Source: Candidatus Latescibacterota bacterium
GTDB taxonomy: Bacteria; Latescibacterota; UBA2968; UBA8231
Direction: 5' to 3'
Assembly: GCA_965208105.1 (NCBI GenBank)
Contig: OZ242318.1
Coordinates: 192,001-256,000, forward strand
DNA length: 64,000 nt
Made by a program: the position numbers and the translations under genes. The notes under the pieces are model-generated. The model was not told the origin of the DNA and did no database searches. It saw only the letters and a program-made list of their open reading frames with translations. Shown here piece after piece: positions 37,593 through 47,927 of the stretch. Every line of letters begins with the position of its first letter. Position 1 is the first letter of the stretch.

Positions 37593-38347
37593 TCCGTTCA
37601 GAGTACGAGTTTTTTCGCCTCCATGGCTACCTTCGCCTGGGCCAGATATTTTCCGACAGGGAGGCCGCCCGCCTGCGCCGGGGCTTCGATCAGGACCGCG
37701 AGGTATGGGGCCGTCCCTTCTGGCGCCCCCTGGAGGACGCCTACCAGACGGTCAACTGCGATCCGCTGATCACCTGGCCCTCCGTCGAGGAGATCATCCG
37801 CCACCCGCAGATTCTCGATCGGGTGGAGGCCCTTCTGGGCGGGCCCATCTGCCTCTCCGAAGCCTGCCTGCGCCACATGGCCCCCTACGAGGGCGAGGGC
37901 TGGCGCAGCTGGCACCGCGACAGTCCGCACTGGCGTCAGCACCCCCTGCGCACCCAGTACATCCACGTTCTGGTCTACCTGGCCGACGTCGACGAGACCA
38001 CCCACTGCTTCTCCCTCTCGCCCGAAGCAGCCGACGCGCCCATCCTGGAGAAGGAGGAACAGCTCGCCCGCGGCGGCGTCGAGGACCTTCACGGCCCCGC
38101 CGGCACCGTAGTGCTGTTCAATCTCTCGGTGCTGCACACGGCGACCATTCGTCCGACCAGGGAGGAGCGCAAGACAGTGCAGATCTACTACGGCCGCCGC
38201 GACCAGCCCCATTTGAGCAACTACACGACATTGCCGGCCAGGCTCTGGCGCGACCATCCCGACCCGGAGGTCCGCGCCTTCTACTCCGTACTCAATCCCA
38301 AGTCGCGGGCATTTGCAGCGGCCTTCGGGGCATTGGCGCCCGAGTGA
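37589..38347 (+). CDS. Phytanoyl-CoA dioxygenase (PhyH) family Fe/2OG enzyme
   Basis: FFRLHGYL, WHRD, YLADV, AGTVVLFN..LH. Confidence 0.85.
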   Translation: MIRSEYEFFRLHGYLRLGQIFSDREAARLRRGFDQDREVWGRPFWRPLEDAYQTVNCDPLITWPSVEEIIRHPQILDRVEALLGGPICLSEACLRHMAPYEGEGWRSWHRDSPHWRQHPLRTQYIHVLVYLADVDETTHCFSLSPEAADAPILEKEEQLARGGVEDLHGPAGTVVLFNLSVLHTATIRPTREERKTVQIYYGRRDQPHLSNYTTLPARLWRDHPDPEVRAFYSVLNPKSRAFAAAFGALAPE

Positions 38348-38501
38348 TAGGTGAGTGTCACATTGCCACCGGCAGGGAAGTGCGGATTACCGGGCAGATC
38401 CGTTCCTTCCTCGCGATCCGTCTTTGTAGATTTCCCGCCCGGCAGCATATTATCCAAGGCGGCTGGTGGACAATTTCACGAGGATGAAGGAGGCCTGATC
38501 C

Positions 38502-39266
38502 ATGGCCGGGGTACTCTTTTCCGCCCGCGACGGCGTCGGCCTGCTGGAGCTCGATCGCCCGGCGGTGCTCAACGCCCTGAACCGTCCCATGTACGAGTCG
38601 CTGCAGGCGCGCCTGGTCGCCGCGGCGGGGGATGGAGAGGTGCGCGTTCTGATCGTCGCCGGAAGGGGGCGCTCCTTCTGCGCCGGCACCGACCTCGGCG
38701 AGCTGGCGGGCGCCGGCCGCGAGAGCACCCGCGCCCTGGGGCTGCTCGAAAACCGGGTGTGCAGCCGGCTGGAGGACTTTCCAAGGCCCACCATCGCGGC
38801 CATCCACGGCCACGCTCTCGGCGCCGGCTGCGAGCTCGCCCTTGCCTGCGACCTGCGGCTGGCCGCTGACGACGCCGTGCTGGGACAGCCCGAGATCGAC
38901 ATGGGCTGGCTGCCGGCGGCTGGGGCCACCTTTCGCCTGCCCGCGCTGTTGGGACCGGCGCGGGCGCGGCAGCTGATCTTTACGGGACGCCGCGTCAGCG
39001 CCGTCGAGGCCCTGGACATGGGCCTGGTCGACCGGGTGGTACCCGCCGCCAGGCTGGTATCGGAGGCAGGGCGGCTTGCCCGGGACCTGAGCTCCAAGGA
39101 CGCGGAGGTGCTTCTGCGCGCCAGGGAAGTGCTGAAGCCGCCGGCCCGCGCCGAGGCGATGAGGCGTGAAGCGGAGGACCTGGCCGCCCTGGCCACCCGT
39201 CCGGCGGCGCAGCGCCGCATCGCCGAATTTCTGCGGGGCAAGGCGGGTCCCGCCCAGGATCCTTGA
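38502..39266 (+). CDS. Enoyl-CoA hydratase/isomerase family protein
   Basis: LNAL, FCAGTDL, ALGAGCELALACD, GQPE. Confidence 0.92.
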   Translation: MAGVLFSARDGVGLLELDRPAVLNALNRPMYESLQARLVAAAGDGEVRVLIVAGRGRSFCAGTDLGELAGAGRESTRALGLLENRVCSRLEDFPRPTIAAIHGHALGAGCELALACDLRLAADDAVLGQPEIDMGWLPAAGATFRLPALLGPARARQLIFTGRRVSAVEALDMGLVDRVVPAARLVSEAGRLARDLSSKDAEVLLRAREVLKPPARAEAMRREAEDLAALATRPAAQRRIAEFLRGKAGPAQDP

Positions 39267-39273
39267 GCCAACC

Positions 39274-41448
39274 TCAGCCAGGCAATTCCACCTCAATCAC
39301 CTCGTGCAGCTCCACCCTGGGAACCACCACCGCTGGCGGATCTCCCTTCACCTCCAGGGGCAGGTTCTGCAGCGGCAGGCTGGCCGATTCGACCTTCAGG
39401 TCGTTGAACTGCACCCGGACGTCGCGCACCGGCTCGAGCTCCTGGAGGTAGAAGAAGGTGGTCACCTGCGGTTCCGCGCCGGGCTGCGGCGGCAGCATGG
39501 GGGTGGGATTGTTGAGGAGATGGATCAGCAGCCGGTGGTCGCCGCGCCGCACGGCCGCCACTTCAATGGCCTGGGGCGCTTCGACTTCGATGGGAGGCGG
39601 GGTCCGGCGCAGCAGGTGGTCGATGAAGCGCCGCAGCGGCGGGTAGGGGTTTTCCAGGAAGCCGCGGCCCACGTCGCTGCTCAGGTAGATTGCCCGGCCC
39701 CTGCCGTAGTGGTTGAGGGTTGCCGCGGGCTCTCCGGAGTCGTACTCCAGGCGCGGGTCGAAATGGTCCAGGGGAGCCCCGCCTCCCAGGCTGCTGCGGG
39801 TGCACAGCGCCCGGACCCGGGCGCCGGGCCGGAGGCCGACCTCCGCCTGGCATCCCGGAAAGCAGATGAGGTGGCCGAAGCGGCGCGCCAGATCCTCGTC
39901 CCGCGGAACGTAGACCACCCCCTCGAGGCCGCCGCTGCCGCCGGGTCCGCGGTAGTCCACCCCCAGCACCTCGGCCAGGGCGAAGTTGTCGCGCCGGTCC
40001 CCGAATTCGTCCAGGAGCGAGGTCTGGTGGGTGGCCACCAGAGTGCCGCCGGTTTCGACGAAGCGGCGCACCGCGTCGCACTGTGCCGCGGACAGGCAGC
40101 TGTCGGCCAGGAAGAGGACGCGGTAGCCGGAAAGGTGCTCCACCGTGAGCTGGTCGTCCAACACCACGTCCACCAGCAGGTGCGAGCGGTTGAGGATCTC
40201 GTAGGTGCCGTTGACGTTGCCCTGGGAGATGGCGGCGTAGTCCTCTTCGCCCATGTTCTTGGCCATTTCCGAGGGACGGAAGTCGCGGCTCTGCTGCGAG
40301 TAGTGCAGGGCAGCGTACTTGAGGGTCTCGCCCTCCATGTAGGGGACGCGCTTCTTGAGCTCGGAGAAAACCGTCTTCATGGTGTCCCGGTGCAGCTCCA
40401 CCGGGCCGCCGAACGAGCCGTAGATGGAGCTGCCTCCGTTGATGAGGGCCTCGAGGCCGTGGAGCAGGGGAGAGTAGGGCTCCTGGTAGGGAGCGTAGCT
40501 CGAGGTGCACTGGGGCAGTTCCTGGATCTGGTTGCGCCAGACGCAGAATGGAGGTCCCAGGGCGCGGGCGACCCTGGAGATGAAGCCGGTCTCGCGCACG
40601 GTGCGGTGGGCTTCGATGAAGAAGTGGTCGCCGGCGGCCCCGAAGGGCAGGGGGTTGAGCTGATGGCCGTCGGCCCAGTCGGTTGTGGGGCGGGCGTAGT
40701 AGTGATGGTCGAGAATGACGTGGGGGTATTTCTCCCGCACCCGGCGCCCCAGGTGGAGGATGAAGTCGACGAACTTGCGGTAGCGCCAGTTGACGAACAG
40801 GCGGAAGTCCGGGTCGGCGAAATCCACCTTGCGCGGAATGGGCCGGCCGCAGTCTTTGCGGAAGAGTTCCTCGCAGTATCTGCAGATGCACGAAGGGTAG
40901 AAGGGACGGCCGGCGTGGGAGCCCCAGTTGGTATCGTCGAAGTAGAACCCGTCCAGGTCCAGGTTGTCCATCCACTCGATGAGGTAGTCGGGGAGCCAGT
41001 CCCGGTGCGGCGAGTTGAAGCAGAACCAGCCCTGGTTCTCGGGCGGCGGACGGCCGAAGTCGATGAACTCCATGAGCCACTCCGGGTGGAGGGCCTTGAG
41101 CGGCTTGTTGAAGATCATGGCGTAGTAGCAGAGGACGACGATGTCCTTCTCGTGGGCCAGCTCCAGGAAGCGCGGAAGGCGCTCCTGGTCCACGTGGGGA
41201 TGGGCGGGGAGCATCCTGGAGGGGAAGCGGGCGTAGCCTCTGTCCACCTCGGTGACGATCTGCACCTCCACCCCCACGTCCGCGATGAACTCCGCGTACT
41301 CTTCGACGGACGGCCCGCTGAAGCTGGGGTCCGGCGACAGGCAGGAGGGGTACTGCTCGACCCGGCAAACCCGTTTCTCGTAGGGCAGCTTCTGCAGGCG
41401 CCGGGAGGTGGAGCCCACCCGCTTCAACTCGACCGATTCACTGCTCAT
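39274..41448 (-). CDS. Putative glycoside hydrolase (TIM barrel) with beta-galactosidase trimerisation/GATase-like domain
   Basis: LDGFYFD, CICRYCEELF, FVETGGTLVAT.QTSL.DE.G, YGRGRAIYL; GAAGGAG RBS. Confidence 0.7.
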   Translation of the reverse strand: MSSESVELKRVGSTSRRLQKLPYEKRVCRVEQYPSCLSPDPSFSGPSVEEYAEFIADVGVEVQIVTEVDRGYARFPSRMLPAHPHVDQERLPRFLELAHEKDIVVLCYYAMIFNKPLKALHPEWLMEFIDFGRPPPENQGWFCFNSPHRDWLPDYLIEWMDNLDLDGFYFDDTNWGSHAGRPFYPSCICRYCEELFRKDCGRPIPRKVDFADPDFRLFVNWRYRKFVDFILHLGRRVREKYPHVILDHHYYARPTTDWADGHQLNPLPFGAAGDHFFIEAHRTVRETGFISRVARALGPPFCVWRNQIQELPQCTSSYAPYQEPYSPLLHGLEALINGGSSIYGSFGGPVELHRDTMKTVFSELKKRVPYMEGETLKYAALHYSQQSRDFRPSEMAKNMGEEDYAAISQGNVNGTYEILNRSHLLVDVVLDDQLTVEHLSGYRVLFLADSCLSAAQCDAVRRFVETGGTLVATHQTSLLDEFGDRRDNFALAEVLGVDYRGPGGSGGLEGVVYVPRDEDLARRFGHLICFPGCQAEVGLRPGARVRALCTRSSLGGGAPLDHFDPRLEYDSGEPAATLNHYGRGRAIYLSSDVGRGFLENPYPPLRRFIDHLLRRTPPPIEVEAPQAIEVAAVRRGDHRLLIHLLNNPTPMLPPQPGAEPQVTTFFYLQELEPVRDVRVQFNDLKVESASLPLQNLPLEVKGDPPAVVVPRVELHEVIEVELPG

Positions 41449-43039
41449 TGCCTTCTCCTTTCGAGGGTGCCTCCCCGGCCGGGTTGCCCGGGCGTCCGCG
41501 CCGCAGAACGCGCTTGAGCACCTTTCCCGAGGGATTGCGCGGGATCTCGCCCACGAAGCCGATGGCCCGCGGCCGCTTGAAGCTGGAGAGCCGATCGCGG
41601 CAGAACGCCAGGAGTTCCTCGGCGCTTGCCCGGCTTCCTTCCCTGAGCGCGACCACGGCCTCCACCGTCTCGCCCCATTCCGGGTGGGGGACCCCGATGA
41701 CGGCGCATTCGAAAACGGCAGGATGGGTGTAGAGCACCTCTTCAACCTCGCGGGGAAAGACGTTGAAGCCTCCGCTGATGATCATGTCCTTCTTGCGGTC
41801 TCCGAGAAAGACGAACCCTTCTTCGTCCCTGTAGCCCAGGTCGCCGCTGTGGAACCAGCCGCCGCGCATGGCCTCGGCGGTGAGCTCGGGCATCTCCCAG
41901 TAGCCGCGCATGACCGTGGCGCCGCGGATCGCCACTTCGCCCATCTCCCCCTCATCTACCTCCTCTCCGGCTTCGTCGACGATGCGTACCTCGACCCCTT
42001 CGACGGGCCGCCCGCAGGAGCGCAGGCGCCCGGCCCCGGGGCCGCGCAGGACGTGCTCCTCGGGGCGCAGGCAGGTGGCCATGGCGCAGGTCTCGGTGAG
42101 CCCGTACATCTGCGCCAGCACCGGTCCCAGGACCTCGATGGCGCGGCGCAGGCAGGCGAGGGGCATGGGCGCCGAGCCGTAGCCCAGGATCTCCAGGCTG
42201 CCGGTGTCGTATTGTCCCAGGTCCTCGGACGCCAGCAGGCGCACCAGCAGGGTGGGCACCACCTGCGCGTGGGTGATGCGCTCGCCTTCCACCGCCTGCA
42301 GGAAGGCGCGCGGGGTGAAACGCGGCAGAACGACGACGGTGCCGCCCCGGGACAGGCAGGGAAAGGCGATGCCGTTCAGGGCCGCTCCAACGAAGTAGGG
42401 CAGCACGACGAGACCCCGGCTGCGGGGAGCGATGCGGTAGTCGCGCACCATGTGGCGGGCGTGGGCGGTGATGTTGGCGTGGGTCAGCATCACCCCCTTG
42501 GGCAGGCCGGTGGTGCCGCTGGTGTACATGAGCCCGAAGAGGTCCTCCGGGCCCACTCCGGGACCGGGTCCGGGCACCTCCGCACCCTGCCGCAGCAAGC
42601 TGGCGTAGGAGGCGGTGGCCCCCTCCACCTCTCCCACCCCGACGAGGTGCTCGACGCAATCCAGTTGTGCCAGGACAGGACGCAGGACAGGGTGGAGATC
42701 GGGTTCGGTGACCACGGCGCGCACTCCGGCGTGGGCGATAATGGCGGCCAGCTCCCGCGAGTTGAGCATGTAGTTGAGGGGGACGAAGACCAGCCCGGCG
42801 CGCCCAAGGGCGAGCACGAGCTCCATGGCCACCTGGGAGTTGTGCAGGAGAAGGCCGACGCGGTCGCCCGGGGCCAGGCCCAGAAGGCGCAGTCCGGCGC
42901 CAAGGCGGTCCGCCACGTCGAGGAGGCCGGCGTAGGTCAGGCGCGCGTCGCCGCAGACCAGCGCTTCGGCAGCGGGCGAGCGTTGCGCGCTCCGCTCCAG
43001 CAGGTCTCCGACCGTCACCGCCTGGCCACCCTGGTGCAT
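41438..43039 (-). CDS. Long-chain acyl-CoA ligase (AMP-binding)
   Basis: YTSGTTGLPKG, YGLTET, GWFHSGDLG, DRKKDMIISGG, PRNPSGK. Confidence 0.93.
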   Translation of the reverse strand: MHQGGQAVTVGDLLERSAQRSPAAEALVCGDARLTYAGLLDVADRLGAGLRLLGLAPGDRVGLLLHNSQVAMELVLALGRAGLVFVPLNYMLNSRELAAIIAHAGVRAVVTEPDLHPVLRPVLAQLDCVEHLVGVGEVEGATASYASLLRQGAEVPGPGPGVGPEDLFGLMYTSGTTGLPKGVMLTHANITAHARHMVRDYRIAPRSRGLVVLPYFVGAALNGIAFPCLSRGGTVVVLPRFTPRAFLQAVEGERITHAQVVPTLLVRLLASEDLGQYDTGSLEILGYGSAPMPLACLRRAIEVLGPVLAQMYGLTETCAMATCLRPEEHVLRGPGAGRLRSCGRPVEGVEVRIVDEAGEEVDEGEMGEVAIRGATVMRGYWEMPELTAEAMRGGWFHSGDLGYRDEEGFVFLGDRKKDMIISGGFNVFPREVEEVLYTHPAVFECAVIGVPHPEWGETVEAVVALREGSRASAEELLAFCRDRLSSFKRPRAIGFVGEIPRNPSGKVLKRVLRRGRPGNPAGEAPSKGEGNEQ

Positions 43040-43055
43040 GCGCGCGGGCGCAGCA

Positions 43056-43223
43056 CTCGCAGCCCGTTGAAAAAGTCCATCCGGGCGGCGGCCGGCCCTG
43101 GCGTTCGAATACGGCGTTGCGCTCCCTCCCCGAATTCACTCGATTCGCCTCGGTCGCACGCCTTGCCTTCGACCGCCATGCCTCGGCCTCGCCTGCAGAG
43201 CAACTTTATCAACGGGCTGCTAG
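43056..43223 (+). mobile_element. MITE-like element, family B full-length copy (168 bp)
   Basis: Terminal IR GCAGCCCGTTGAAAAAG ... CTTTATCAACGGGCTGC-TAG; core GGCGTTG...CGCCTTG shared with family A. Confidence 0.8.
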
Positions 43224-44257
43224 CCCTCCAGCTCGCGGCGCACGATCCGCACGCCTTGGACCATGTTCTCGATCTTCTGGTAGGAGAGCCAGCGCGGCAG
43301 CTGGAAAAAGCCGCAGTCGGGGGTGATCCAGAGTTTCTCCGGCGGCACGAAGTCGAGGGTCCGGCGCACGCGCTCGGCCACGTCCTCGGGAGACTCCAGG
43401 TAGAAGGACTTCACGTCCACGAGCCCGGCGGCCACCTCGAACTTCTCGGCGACAATGCGGCAGAGGTCCAGCTCGGACAGTTCGCGGTTGGCGAACTCCA
43501 GGGCGATCTGCCCGGCGTTGGCGTTCATGATCGGGTCGATCAGGGCGGCGTAGCTGCGCTTCCCCCGGGGGCGGCTGCCCAGGTTGCCGAAGCAGATGTG
43601 CAGTCCGATCTTGGCGTCGACTCCCTCCACCGCGTGGTTGAAGAGATCGATCCAGTCGTGGCCGCCGCCGGGAATCACCGAGTAGGAAGGTTCGTCGAGG
43701 AAGATGAAGTCGGCCCCGGCGGCCACCAGCGCCTTGAGCTCCCTGTTGACCACGCCGGCGAACTCGTAGGCCAGCTCGATGCGGTCCTTGTATATCTTGT
43801 CGTCGCGCAGCTGGATGTGAATGGTCAGGGTCAGGGGGCCCGGGCAGGTGGCCTTGAGGGGACGGTTTGCATATTTGCTGGCATACTCGAACTCCTCCAC
43901 GATTCCCAGCCCGTCGGGTACCTGGATGCGTTCGGTGGGCCGCCAGCGCGGCACCGAGTCGTAGCCGTAGAGCCCGGTCCTGCGCAGGACGGGCCGCTCC
44001 TGCAGCCCCGAGAAGCGCTGGTAGAAACTCTGGACGAAGTACCAGCGCCGCATCTCGCCGTCGGAGATCACGTCGACGCCGGCGCGCTCCTGGTCGAGCA
44101 TGGCCAGACTCACGGCGTCGTCGAAGACCTCCCTGACGTCGGTGGGTCCGTAGCGGTCCTGGTCCATCTCCTCGGTGGCGCTCCAGAACCAGCCCGGCAG
44201 GGCGTAGCTGCCGATCACGCTGGTGGGAAGCAAAGGCAGGCTTTCACTCATCTTCAT
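43220..44257 (-). CDS. Cobalamin-independent methionine synthase II family (catalytic core only)
   Basis: TSVIGSY, DVISDGEMRR, PGPLTL, DEP, GLHICFGN, PDCG. Confidence 0.88.
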   Translation of the reverse strand: MKMSESLPLLPTSVIGSYALPGWFWSATEEMDQDRYGPTDVREVFDDAVSLAMLDQERAGVDVISDGEMRRWYFVQSFYQRFSGLQERPVLRRTGLYGYDSVPRWRPTERIQVPDGLGIVEEFEYASKYANRPLKATCPGPLTLTIHIQLRDDKIYKDRIELAYEFAGVVNRELKALVAAGADFIFLDEPSYSVIPGGGHDWIDLFNHAVEGVDAKIGLHICFGNLGSRPRGKRSYAALIDPIMNANAGQIALEFANRELSELDLCRIVAEKFEVAAGLVDVKSFYLESPEDVAERVRRTLDFVPPEKLWITPDCGFFQLPRWLSYQKIENMVQGVRIVRRELEG

Positions 44258-44459
44258 CTCCTGTTGCGGTCCGCGCGGGTCGAAAGAAAGGGACCATAAT
44301 ACGGCATTTCGGCCACCGGATCAACCTTCTCTCCGGGATGCCTGCAATGGGCTTGCCCGCTCGCCCCGCCGATTGTGGGGCGGGGGAGTTCTGGCTTAAT
44401 TACACCCTCGAAGAGTCAACGGATCGAAGTGAAGAGCTGCGCTCCGAAACCAGGATGCC

Positions 44460-46283
44460 ATGAAGGCGATTGCACTGCAGGCCGGGCGCGCGGAGTCCAT
44501 CCCCGATTGGGCCCTGCGCCAGCGCCATCTCATCGCGGCCATGAACGAGGCCGCCCCCCTGTTCCAGCGGCGCTACACCCGCGCCGACGGGAGCTTTGTC
44601 TGGAGGGAGGAATTCCCCGGCATGGACGGCTCCGACGACGGCTACGAGAGCTACCACAACTGGCCTCTGTTCTACGCCCTCGGCGCCGCCGCCGACCTGC
44701 ACGAGCGCAGCCGCTTCCTCTGGGAGGCGGTCACCCGCCAGTTCACCGCCTACGGCCAGGTTCACCGCGAGTTCGACGCCGGCTACGACTGGATGCACCA
44801 CGGCGAGTCCTCCGTCTACCTCTACTACTTCGGCCTGGCCGACCCCGGGCGCCGCAGGGACCGCGACCGGGCGCTGCGCTTTGCGGGGCTCTACATGGGA
44901 GACGACCCGGATGCCCCCAACTGGGACCCGGAGAAGCGCATGATCCGCTCTCCCATCAACGGCAGCAAGGGACCCAGGCCGGCATACACCTGGGAGGACT
45001 GGTCCACCATCCGCGACGTGCTCTCGAACTATCCCCTTCCCTTCGAGGACCTGGACGTTCCCACCCGCCTCATCGACTGGGAGGGAGAGTCGGTGCGCGG
45101 CGCCGACTGGTGCGACGACGAGGTCTACGCAAGGATCCTCGCCGCCCTCAACAGCCGCCAGATGGGCGCCGACGTGCCCCTCAACCTGGCCGCCACCAGC
45201 CTCGCGGCCAACGCCTTCCTCTACACCGGGGATGGGCGCTACAGGACCTGGGTCCTGGACTACCTGCAGGCCTGGGCGGAACGCATGGAGGCCAACGGCG
45301 GAATCTGTCCCGACAACGTGGGACCCGGCGGACTCATCGGCGAGAACATGGGAGGGAAGTGGTGGGGCGGATACTACGGCTGGGCATGGCCCCATGGATT
45401 GAGGACGGTCATCGAGCCCCTGTCCATCGCCGCCATGAACGCGGCGCTGCTGAGCGGCGACCTCGGCTACCTGGACATCGTCCGCAGCCAGCTGCGCCGG
45501 ATTCTGGACCTGGGTCGGGTCGAGGACGGACGCTACCTGGTACCCTGCCGTCACACGGATACGGGCTGGACCTCCTTCCGGCCCCCGGAACCTCATTACC
45601 TCGGGCAGCTCTGGTACATGTCCCAGGCCCGGGAGGACCGCCTTCTGATCGAGCAGCTGCCCCAGGCCCACACCTCGTGGCGGCGCATCGAGCCGGGACG
45701 GGGCAAGGGAGACGACATCCACTTCGCGCCCTGGTTCTGCTACCTGGAGGGCCGCCTCGACGACTATCCCGCGCGCATTCTCGAGGCCCAGTACGCCGAG
45801 GTGGCGAGGCGCATGGATCTGATGCGCGGCGACGGAGGCGATCCCTCCCACTGGGACGTGCACCACTGGCAGGAAATAAACCCGGTGCACACCGAGGCAC
45901 TGGTGCAATTGACTTGCGGGGGGCCGCAGATTATCTACCATGGTGGATTGTTGCACGTGCGCCTGCGCTTCTACGACGCCGCGGAGCGGCGTCCGGGGCT
46001 GCCGCCGCACACCGCCGCCCTGGTTTCGGCGCTCGATGCGGACAGCACCACCCTGCACCTGGTCAACCTCAGCCCGCTGCACCGGCAGGACCTGGTGCTG
46101 CAGGCCGGTGCCTTCGGCGAGCACAGCTTCACCGAGGTGGTCGAGGAAGGGGTACGGGGAGCGCAGCCTCAGGCAGTGGAGGGCAAGTGGCTGAGGCTCA
46201 ACCTGGCGCCGGGGTGCGCCGCGACCCTCCGCCTGGGAATGAGGCGCTATTGCCGTACCCCCAGCTACGACCAGCCCTGGTGA
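44460..46283 (+). CDS. Conserved-looking hypothetical protein (Trp/Tyr-rich)
   Basis: 607-aa ORF with typical codon bias; DGSDDGYESY, YDWMHHGE, KWWGGYYGWAWPHG motifs; AGGA RBS. Confidence 0.75.
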   Translation: MKAIALQAGRAESIPDWALRQRHLIAAMNEAAPLFQRRYTRADGSFVWREEFPGMDGSDDGYESYHNWPLFYALGAAADLHERSRFLWEAVTRQFTAYGQVHREFDAGYDWMHHGESSVYLYYFGLADPGRRRDRDRALRFAGLYMGDDPDAPNWDPEKRMIRSPINGSKGPRPAYTWEDWSTIRDVLSNYPLPFEDLDVPTRLIDWEGESVRGADWCDDEVYARILAALNSRQMGADVPLNLAATSLAANAFLYTGDGRYRTWVLDYLQAWAERMEANGGICPDNVGPGGLIGENMGGKWWGGYYGWAWPHGLRTVIEPLSIAAMNAALLSGDLGYLDIVRSQLRRILDLGRVEDGRYLVPCRHTDTGWTSFRPPEPHYLGQLWYMSQAREDRLLIEQLPQAHTSWRRIEPGRGKGDDIHFAPWFCYLEGRLDDYPARILEAQYAEVARRMDLMRGDGGDPSHWDVHHWQEINPVHTEALVQLTCGGPQIIYHGGLLHVRLRFYDAAERRPGLPPHTAALVSALDADSTTLHLVNLSPLHRQDLVLQAGAFGEHSFTEVVEEGVRGAQPQAVEGKWLRLNLAPGCAATLRLGMRRYCRTPSYDQPW

Positions 46284-46328
46284 GGAGGGAAGGACGGCAG
46301 CGGGTCCATGCGTCACGAAAGGCAGGCA

Positions 46329-47168
46329 ATGCCCCAGGCCAGGGCTTTTGCGCCCGGTAGTATTTCATGTGTCTTCAAGATTATCCCGCACCACGACCCG
46401 GCCAGGATGCATTCCCTCGGCATGAGTTTTACGGTATGCGACGGGGTGGAAGTGTGCGCCCGCGGGCACGGCCGCACCGCGGTGCGGTTCAACGGGCGCG
46501 AGATTCCCTTTCCCACCGTGCACTCGGTGGTGGAGAAGCTCACCGCCGCCAAGCTGCGCATCGACATCGAATCGCCGCTGGCCTTGAGCAGCGGGTTCGG
46601 CTTGAGCGGCGCGTCGGCGCTGGCCTCGGCTTACGCCGTCGACGCCCTGCTGGGTCTGGGCAGGCCGGAGGAGGAGCTGGCGATGGCCGCCCACGTGGCC
46701 GAGGTCGAGAACCTCACCGGCCTGGGGGACGTGTGCGCCCAGTTCCGCGGCGGCTGCCTGGTCAAGCTGAAGCCCGGATTCCCGCTCCTGGCGGATCCGC
46801 TGCCGGTTCCGGAGCAACCGGTCTACTATCGACTCTTCAGCCCCATCCGCACCCCCGAGATCATCGGCGACCGCAACAGGCGGGCCCGCATCAACCAGGC
46901 GGCGGACGAAGCCCTGGCGCGGCTCGAGACCATGGTGAGCGAGGAGGAGGTCGACTTCGACGCCTGCGTCGGGGTGGCCAGGCAGTTCTCCCAGGGCAGC
47001 GGCCTGCTGCAGGACAGGGAGGTTCGCGAAACCATCGCCCGCATCGAGGCCGCCGGAGGTGCCGCCTCGATGATCATGCTGGGCAACGCGGTGTTCAGCA
47101 CCAGCCCCTTCCCGGGTGCCGCGCAGAGCATGCTGTCCATGCGGAAAGCCAGGGTCCTGGATGAATGA
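46329..47168 (+). CDS. pok: Archaeal-type pantoate kinase (GHMP family)
   Basis: ARAFAPGSISCVF, PLALSSGFGLSGASAL, AHVAEVENLTGLGDV, SMIMLGNAVF; overlaps the pps start. Confidence 0.85.
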   Translation: MPQARAFAPGSISCVFKIIPHHDPARMHSLGMSFTVCDGVEVCARGHGRTAVRFNGREIPFPTVHSVVEKLTAAKLRIDIESPLALSSGFGLSGASALASAYAVDALLGLGRPEEELAMAAHVAEVENLTGLGDVCAQFRGGCLVKLKPGFPLLADPLPVPEQPVYYRLFSPIRTPEIIGDRNRRARINQAADEALARLETMVSEEEVDFDACVGVARQFSQGSGLLQDREVRETIARIEAAGGAASMIMLGNAVFSTSPFPGAAQSMLSMRKARVLDE

Positions 47169-47904
47169 CCTGCAGCCGGACCATCCCCGCTACGTCTCGC
47201 TGAAGCTGCGCAACGCCGTCGCCGCCGGGGTGGAGCAGGGCATCACCTCGATCCACGGCCTGGTAGCCCACGGGCGCGGAGAAGCTTTCGACTACCTCAT
47301 CGGAGAGAGGACCCGCATCTTCGCGCGCCGCGCCGCGCGCGCCGCGGCGGCCATGCTGCGCCTGGCGGAATACCCGGTGATATCGGTCAACGGCAATGCC
47401 GCGGCGCTGGTTCCGGAGGGGCTCGCCCGGCTGGGCGAACTGCTCGGCGCTCCCCTGGAGGTGAACCTCTTCCACCCCTCCAGGGCGCGGGAGCGGGCCA
47501 TCCGCAGCCACCTGGAAAAGAGCGGCGCCGCCAGGGTGCTGCTGTCCACCAGGAGGGCGGAGCTGGACTTCATCGCCTCCAACCGCCGCTTCGTCCATCC
47601 GCAGGGGATCCTCATGGCGGACGTGATTTTCGTTCCCCTGGAAGACGGCGACCGCTGTGAAGCCCTGCGCCGGATGGGCAAGAAGGTGATCGCGGTGGAC
47701 CTGAACCCGCTCTCCCGCTCGGCCAGGAAGGCCAGCGTGACGCTGGTGGACAACGTTGCCCGGGCAGTGCCCCTGCTGCTGGAGGAGGTCGGCCGGCTGG
47801 AGGACAAACCCAGAGCGGCACTGCAGCGCATGGTTGACGGCTACAGCAACAGGGACCAGCTCCGGGCGGCTCTGCGCTGCATCCGCGGAGGCCGCCAAAG
47901 CTGA
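47161..47904 (+). CDS. pps: Archaeal-type 4-phosphopantoate--beta-alanine ligase (phosphopantothenate synthetase)
   Basis: HPRYVSL, GLVAHGRGEAFDYLIGERT, PVISVNGNAAAL, EVNLF, VPLEDGDRCEAL, VDLNPLSRSA. Confidence 0.92.
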   Translation: MNDLQPDHPRYVSLKLRNAVAAGVEQGITSIHGLVAHGRGEAFDYLIGERTRIFARRAARAAAAMLRLAEYPVISVNGNAAALVPEGLARLGELLGAPLEVNLFHPSRARERAIRSHLEKSGAARVLLSTRRAELDFIASNRRFVHPQGILMADVIFVPLEDGDRCEALRRMGKKVIAVDLNPLSRSARKASVTLVDNVARAVPLLLEEVGRLEDKPRAALQRMVDGYSNRDQLRAALRCIRGGRQS

Positions 47905-47927
47905 TCTGGGGAGGGGGAGCGGAGGAT

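Noticed and set aside
39166-44299. Very long plus-strand ORFs (783 aa and 963 aa) and similar ones such as 5839-7824 (-), 44400-46316 (-) and 48474-50504 (-)
   Set aside because: They are antisense shadows of well-supported genes; high GC3 codon usage suppresses stops, and they carry no recognisable motifs
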